This document shows, one piece after another, positions 60,313 to 64,000 of a stretch of 64,000 bases of DNA. A program made the translations under genes and the position numbers. The notes under the pieces were generated by a model. It ran no database searches and was not told the origin of the DNA. It saw only the letters and a program-made list of their open reading frames with translations. Each line of letters opens with the position of its first letter. Positions within the stretch are counted from its first letter, which is position 1. Source of the stretch: an uncultured Candidatus Saccharibacteria bacterium (lineage in GTDB: Bacteria; Patescibacteriota; WWE3; UBA101185; UBA10185); NCBI GenBank assembly GCA_964490125.1, contig CAZBAJ010000004.1, positions 7,662 through 71,661 of the forward strand, written 5' to 3'.

Positions 60313-60353
60313 TAAAAGTCAACGGTGTTGACTAATAAAGGGCATTATTAGTC
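60311..60353. terminator. Two adjacent hairpins between convergent transcription units (putative bidirectional terminator)
   Basis: GTCAAC-ggt-GTTGAC (60318-60332) is flanked by AATAAAA (a U-tract for the minus-strand transcript after the tRNA). A second hairpin is GACTAATAA-agggca-TTATTAGTC (60330-60353). Confidence 0.45.
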
Positions 60354-60417
60354 AGTGTCATTGACTACCCTGGTATACATTGCAACTGCGGTTTTAATGG
60401 TAATTTCGTATAATCTA

Positions 60418-60494
60418 TGGTGGGCCCCACAGGATTCGAACCTGTGACCTCTACAATGTCAATGTAGCGCTCTAACCAGCTGAGCTAGGAGCCC
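60418..60494 (-). tRNA. tRNA-Val (anticodon GAC) with genomically encoded CCA
   Basis: Manual cloverleaf: acceptor GGGCTCC/GGGGCCC (one G·U pair), D-stem GCTC/GAGC, anticodon stem CTACA/TGTAG with loop TTGACAT, T-arm ACAGG-TTCGAAT-CCTGT, discriminator A, then CCA. Confidence 0.8.
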
Positions 60495-61120
60495 TTTTTA
60501 GCGCCCTTCTGCGGCTCGTAGATTTTATCAATTAGCCCATATTCCAGGGTTTGCTTGGCGTCCATCCAGTTGTCGCGCTCAATGTCCGCCATAACTTTGT
60601 CGTACGGTTGACCAGACTCGTCAGAAATAATCCGCGCGTATTGCTCCCTAAGCTTCAGCATGTGCTGGGCGGTAATTCTAACATCGGTTTCCTGACCTTC
60701 TATCCCGCCGGAAGTCTGATGAATCATGCTGTACGACCCGGGAAGTGCAAACCTTTTGCCCTTTGTGCCACCAACCAAAATCATAGCCCCCGCCGATGCC
60801 GCCAGTCCAACATTTATAGTAGTAATCTCGTTTTTGACGTACTTCATGGTGTCGTACATGGCACGACCAGCGTAAGCTTCTCCACCCGGCGAGTTTATGT
60901 AGACATTAATATCGCGTGTCTCGTCCTGACTCTCTAAAAACAGCAGTTGAGCAATAAAAGTATTAGCGACAGCAAGGTCAATTGGACCAGTCACGAAGAC
61001 GATAAAATCCTTTAACAAGCGGGAATAAATATCGTATGCCCGTTCAAACCCGTTGGGATCTTTTTCTACAACGGTTGGGATTAAAACACTGTTCTGCATT
61101 TTATGTTGTGTTCGCATCAT
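60485..61120 (-). CDS. clpP: ATP-dependent Clp protease proteolytic subunit
   Basis: Catalytic Ser region GLAASAGAMIL and FDIYSRLLKD are present. The start MMRTQ is supported by the SD AGGAG 7 nt upstream. The last 10 nt overlap the tRNA-Val 5' end. Confidence 0.8.
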   Translation of the reverse strand: MMRTQHKMQNSVLIPTVVEKDPNGFERAYDIYSRLLKDFIVFVTGPIDLAVANTFIAQLLFLESQDETRDINVYINSPGGEAYAGRAMYDTMKYVKNEITTINVGLAASAGAMILVGGTKGKRFALPGSYSMIHQTSGGIEGQETDVRITAQHMLKLREQYARIISDESGQPYDKVMADIERDNWMDAKQTLEYGLIDKIYEPQKGAKKGS

Positions 61121-61124
61121 CGTT

Positions 61125-62225
61125 TTACTCCTCTTTTCCTCCATCTTCTACATCTTGCTTGCTTTTATCCGGTCCTTTGTCAACAGCCTTAACCTTGTCA
61201 CCACCCACATGTTCTCCCTCGCCCTCAACCACGGAAATTAGCTTCCATATCAACTTGTTCTTGGCAATTATAGCCTTTATATAAGCTTTTTCCAAGGGGT
61301 TTTGCATGTACCGCTCTTTGAGTTTGGCGTCGCCCATCGCGTCAGCCGTAGCCTCCACCTCTTTGTCGTCCACCTCTACCTTTTCTTTAGCCACAACGTC
61401 CACCAAAGCCATCTCGCTTGCTACATTTTTTTGTGCAACCTGAGCGTATTCTGCTCGCAACTGGTCGCCCGTTTTATTTATTGATTTTAAATATGCGTCC
61501 ATGCCCAAATTTAGAGGTTGCAATTGTTGGACGAGCCTAGAAAGCATTCGGTTGACCTCTTCTTCCAGCACCATGTCCGGGATTTCTACCTGTGTGACGG
61601 TTAAAATTGCGTCTACAATGTCCGTTGGTGACATGTGGACATGCGTCTCTCTATTGTCTGTTGGGTTTTTTTCTACTTTATTCTGATTATCGTCTGATTG
61701 GCCTTCTTGGTTTCCATCCTTGCTAGAAGTCGTTTGTGTATCCTTAGCTTTATCCGATTGATCTTTGGGCTGTTCGACACCATCGCTTTGTCTAGATTTG
61801 TCGATACGAGTTTGCAAAGCTGTGTCTACTTTTTTATCGTACGACTTTTTAATTGCCTGCCGGTAATCCCCTACCTTAATAGGCGGTCGAACTGCCGTTT
61901 CTGCTGTAAAAGTAAAATCTTTCTCTGCGTCGTAAGCTTCTATTTCTATTTTTGGACTAATTATGGGCAAAAGTTTTTGCTCTTCCACCGCCTGTGGATA
62001 GTAGGTTTTTACCAAATGGCTCATAACTTCCCCATCAAACTTTTGGGGGTCAATTTTTTGTTTGACAAGCTCCGTTGGCGCTTTGCCTTTTCTAAAGCCG
62101 TCCAGCTCCGCGTCCTTAACAATGTCGGCAAGCACTTTTTCCTGCCCTGCTTTTACCTGGTCAACAGGTACCGTAATAGTAAGTTTTATAGCCGATTTTG
62201 GTAGTTTTTGCACCGATACTTGCAT
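61125..62225 (-). CDS. tig: Trigger factor
   Basis: MQVSVQKLPKSAIKLTITVP...DGFRKGKAP matches the trigger factor N-terminus. A Ser/Asp/Gln-rich low-complexity insertion sits mid-protein. Classic tig-clpP order. Confidence 0.75.
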   Translation of the reverse strand: MQVSVQKLPKSAIKLTITVPVDQVKAGQEKVLADIVKDAELDGFRKGKAPTELVKQKIDPQKFDGEVMSHLVKTYYPQAVEEQKLLPIISPKIEIEAYDAEKDFTFTAETAVRPPIKVGDYRQAIKKSYDKKVDTALQTRIDKSRQSDGVEQPKDQSDKAKDTQTTSSKDGNQEGQSDDNQNKVEKNPTDNRETHVHMSPTDIVDAILTVTQVEIPDMVLEEEVNRMLSRLVQQLQPLNLGMDAYLKSINKTGDQLRAEYAQVAQKNVASEMALVDVVAKEKVEVDDKEVEATADAMGDAKLKERYMQNPLEKAYIKAIIAKNKLIWKLISVVEGEGEHVGGDKVKAVDKGPDKSKQDVEDGGKEE

Positions 62226-62304
62226 AGGAAAGTATTTTACCACACTCCGTCCCAGTCGGTTTAAATTTGACTTTCGATAAAGATCGAAATACACTCTATT
62301 TACC

Positions 62305-62913
62305 TTGCTAAAAATCGAAACAATCTGGCACTACCTATTATATGAGGTTCTAGAAAAGGGTCGGACCAATTTTACCCAGCAAGATTTGGCCAAGGAATTT
62401 GGCTTTTCTACCAGTACCGTCCATCACGCCTTGGATGTTCCAACACAGCTTGGCGCGGTGAGAAAAACCGGCAAGGGTTTTGCTTTGGATAATTATCAAA
62501 AACTCCTTTATTATTGGGCAAGCGTCCGAAGACTAGAAAGAGACATCATTTTTTCTTGTTATGTGGACAAAGATGTTCGCCAAATTGAGTCGACCGTTCC
62601 CCCGGAGTCGATTTTTGCCGGTTACAGCGCTTACAGAATGAGATACCAAGAACCTGCGGGTGATTATTCCAAAGTCCATATTTATTTGGAAAAAGCCGTG
62701 AAACAGGAGATTTTTGGGCGGATGGATATAAAACAGTCCGACAAAGACAGGGAACCCAATTTTTTTGTTCTTAAAAAGTCGCCCGACATGGAAAAATACG
62801 GTAAAATAACCACGATTCCTCAAACCTTTGTTGACATTTGGAACCTGTCGGACTGGTATTCTGGGGAATTTGTGACGCAGTTAAAGGAAAAGATGCATGG
62901 ATTATTATCATGA
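62305..62913 (+). CDS. Putative AbiEi-like wHTH antitoxin/regulator
   Basis: Has an N-terminal winged-HTH-like region and overlaps the downstream NTase gene by 17 nt. Confidence 0.35.
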   Translation: MLKIETIWHYLLYEVLEKGRTNFTQQDLAKEFGFSTSTVHHALDVPTQLGAVRKTGKGFALDNYQKLLYYWASVRRLERDIIFSCYVDKDVRQIESTVPPESIFAGYSAYRMRYQEPAGDYSKVHIYLEKAVKQEIFGRMDIKQSDKDREPNFFVLKKSPDMEKYGKITTIPQTFVDIWNLSDWYSGEFVTQLKEKMHGLLS

Positions 62914-63499
62914 TATTCTTACAACCAAAAGCTGGGAGGAGCTTAAGCGCATTAAGGGTCAGTTGGACTTTGTGCTTATTGGCGGTTGGGCGGTTTATCT
63001 TTATACCAAGGCTTTAAAGTCAAAAGACATTGACATCTTAATAAATTACGACGGTTTAGATAAGTTGCGCCAGCTATACCCCAATGTTTACAAGAATGAA
63101 CGCTTGGCTAAGTACGAGGCGGTGCTGGGAGATATACAAGTGGATGTATACTTACCCCACTTTTCAAAAATCGGTTTACCGGTGGAAGAACTTATCGAAG
63201 AAAAAAAAGTGGTTGACGGGTTTACTGTACTGGATCCAGACTACTTGATGGTTTTAAAGATAATTACTCATGCGGAGAGAAAAGGAACATCTAAAGGTCG
63301 TAAGGATTTTTTGGACTTGGTGTCTTTGGTAAAAAGCGGGGCGCCAAAGTTTTCTGAAGTTGCCTACCTCGCACAAATAAATGAGTTTGATCAGCAATTC
63401 AGCGCATTTTTATCTGATTTTATGGAGACTTCCGAAGTCAAGGAATTAGGATTGAACCCATACAGTTTTTCTAGGTTAAAAAGAACTCTGAAACACTAG
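62897..63499 (+). CDS. Nucleotidyltransferase, AbiEii/AbiGii-like toxin family
   Basis: NTase-fold motif LIGGWAVYLY...SKDIDILI (GG...S.DhD). Confidence 0.45.
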   Translation: MDYYHDILTTKSWEELKRIKGQLDFVLIGGWAVYLYTKALKSKDIDILINYDGLDKLRQLYPNVYKNERLAKYEAVLGDIQVDVYLPHFSKIGLPVEELIEEKKVVDGFTVLDPDYLMVLKIITHAERKGTSKGRKDFLDLVSLVKSGAPKFSEVAYLAQINEFDQQFSAFLSDFMETSEVKELGLNPYSFSRLKRTLKH

Positions 63500-63559
63500 A
63501 TATTTAAAATATTTGCAGTTCGTCTTTGTCAATATAACTGGCTGTGAGTACCCAAAGTT

Positions 63560-63763
63560 TCAAAAACTGCAATTTGCCCGCCAGTCTCCCGTAATATTTA
63601 TGCTTCTGAAACCTGCCAGTTCTCCTTTTAACGCGTGATTTTTTAGAACAGGGTTAATGTGGTTGGTTACAAAAAATCCAAGACGCTGGTCGACTTTGTT
63701 TTTTACAAACTGATCGCATTTATTATATTTTTTAAGGAAGTTAGCCGACAACTCGAATACCAT
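63560..63763 (-). pseudogene. YafQ/RelE-family mRNA interferase toxin with an apparent frameshift near the 3' end
   Basis: The ORF ends ...INITGDWRANCSF. Shifting +1 after GDWRA gives IAVFETLGTHSQLY, the conserved family C-terminus (compare YafQ ...RTGTHAALFG). The repaired stop is at ~63529. Confidence 0.5.
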
Positions 63764-64000
63764 TTTGATACTTCTTACTGGGGCTGTGTAACCAATCCAA
63801 CATTTTATCTACGCTATCAAATGTAGGAGAAACAAAACCGTCGTCCACATTACTTTTATTTTCCTCTAGCTCTCTAAGCGTATTCTTGTTAGGAATTTCC
63901 CTGGGTCGATACCACAAAACCTCTTTTAAATATTCGTAGGAAGCTATAATCCCGTTTTTACTTGCAGTATAAATGTTGAACAAGATGTCGACAAAAGAAA
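63741..64000 (-). CDS. DinJ/RelB-type antitoxin, 5' end truncated by the window edge
   Basis: The C-terminus REIPNKNTLRELEENKSNVDDGF...DSVDKMLDWL resembles the DinJ C-terminal region. The frame stays open to the window end. Overlaps the toxin start. Confidence 0.45.
   Translation of the reverse strand, partial: SFVDILFNIYTASKNGIIASYEYLKEVLWYRPREIPNKNTLRELEENKSNVDDGFVSPTFDSVDKMLDWLHSPSKKYQNGIRVVG

Overview
Gene-dense ~64 kb segment (~43% GC) with few long intergenic regions and many translationally coupled genes. Gene content and streamlining suggest a small-genome, probably monoderm bacterium of the Patescibacteria/CPR type; this is an inference, not a database hit.

Housekeeping genes identified:
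- gyrB and gyrA (gyrA has an N-terminal extension), with a H+-translocating pyrophosphatase between them carrying the K+-independent GNTTKA signature
- a DHH/NrnA phosphoesterase
- a holB-like clamp-loader subunit
- the rpsP–KH–trmD block, with no ffh, rimM or rplS beside it
- rpmF–nusB–ACP-like–rnc
- tyrS, a class A PBP, pheST
- thrS–infC–rpmI–rplT
- truB
- a complete F1Fo ATP synthase operon, atpBEFHA–X–GDC, where X is an inserted small ORF with beta-carbonic-anhydrase-like zinc motifs
- tRNA-Val(GAC) with encoded CCA, clpP, tig, recG, rsmD

The largest accessory block (11.3–24.3 kb) is a complete type IV pilus locus:
- pilB, pilT, pilC
- a putative major pilin
- prepilin peptidase pilD
- two Cys-rich secreted/membrane-anchored unknowns, one with a PilX-like N-terminus
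- six further prepilin-like genes
- pilM, pilN, pilO
- no secretin

Other notable content:
- At least four toxin–antitoxin or abortive-infection-type modules: BrnT/BrnA with a palindromic operator, a Gp49/HigB-like toxin with an XRE antitoxin, an AbiEi/AbiEii-like pair, and a DinJ-like antitoxin with a frameshifted YafQ/RelE-like toxin at the window edge. A RhuM–Fic/Doc protein is also present.
- A catalytic-domain-only AlaRS homolog.
- A GreA N-terminal-domain-only ORF.
- An ACP-like protein lacking the phosphopantetheine serine.
- infC with a probable non-AUG (ATA) start.
- An ~870 bp AT-rich non-coding gap with TG-rich degenerate repeats.
- A tandem triplet of paralogous small coiled-coil proteins at the window start.
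- Several operon-embedded hypothetical proteins near the atp operon.

No CRISPR array, rRNA or obvious transposase was found. Any coordinates I derived by hand, rather than taken from the ORF track, may be off by a base or two.
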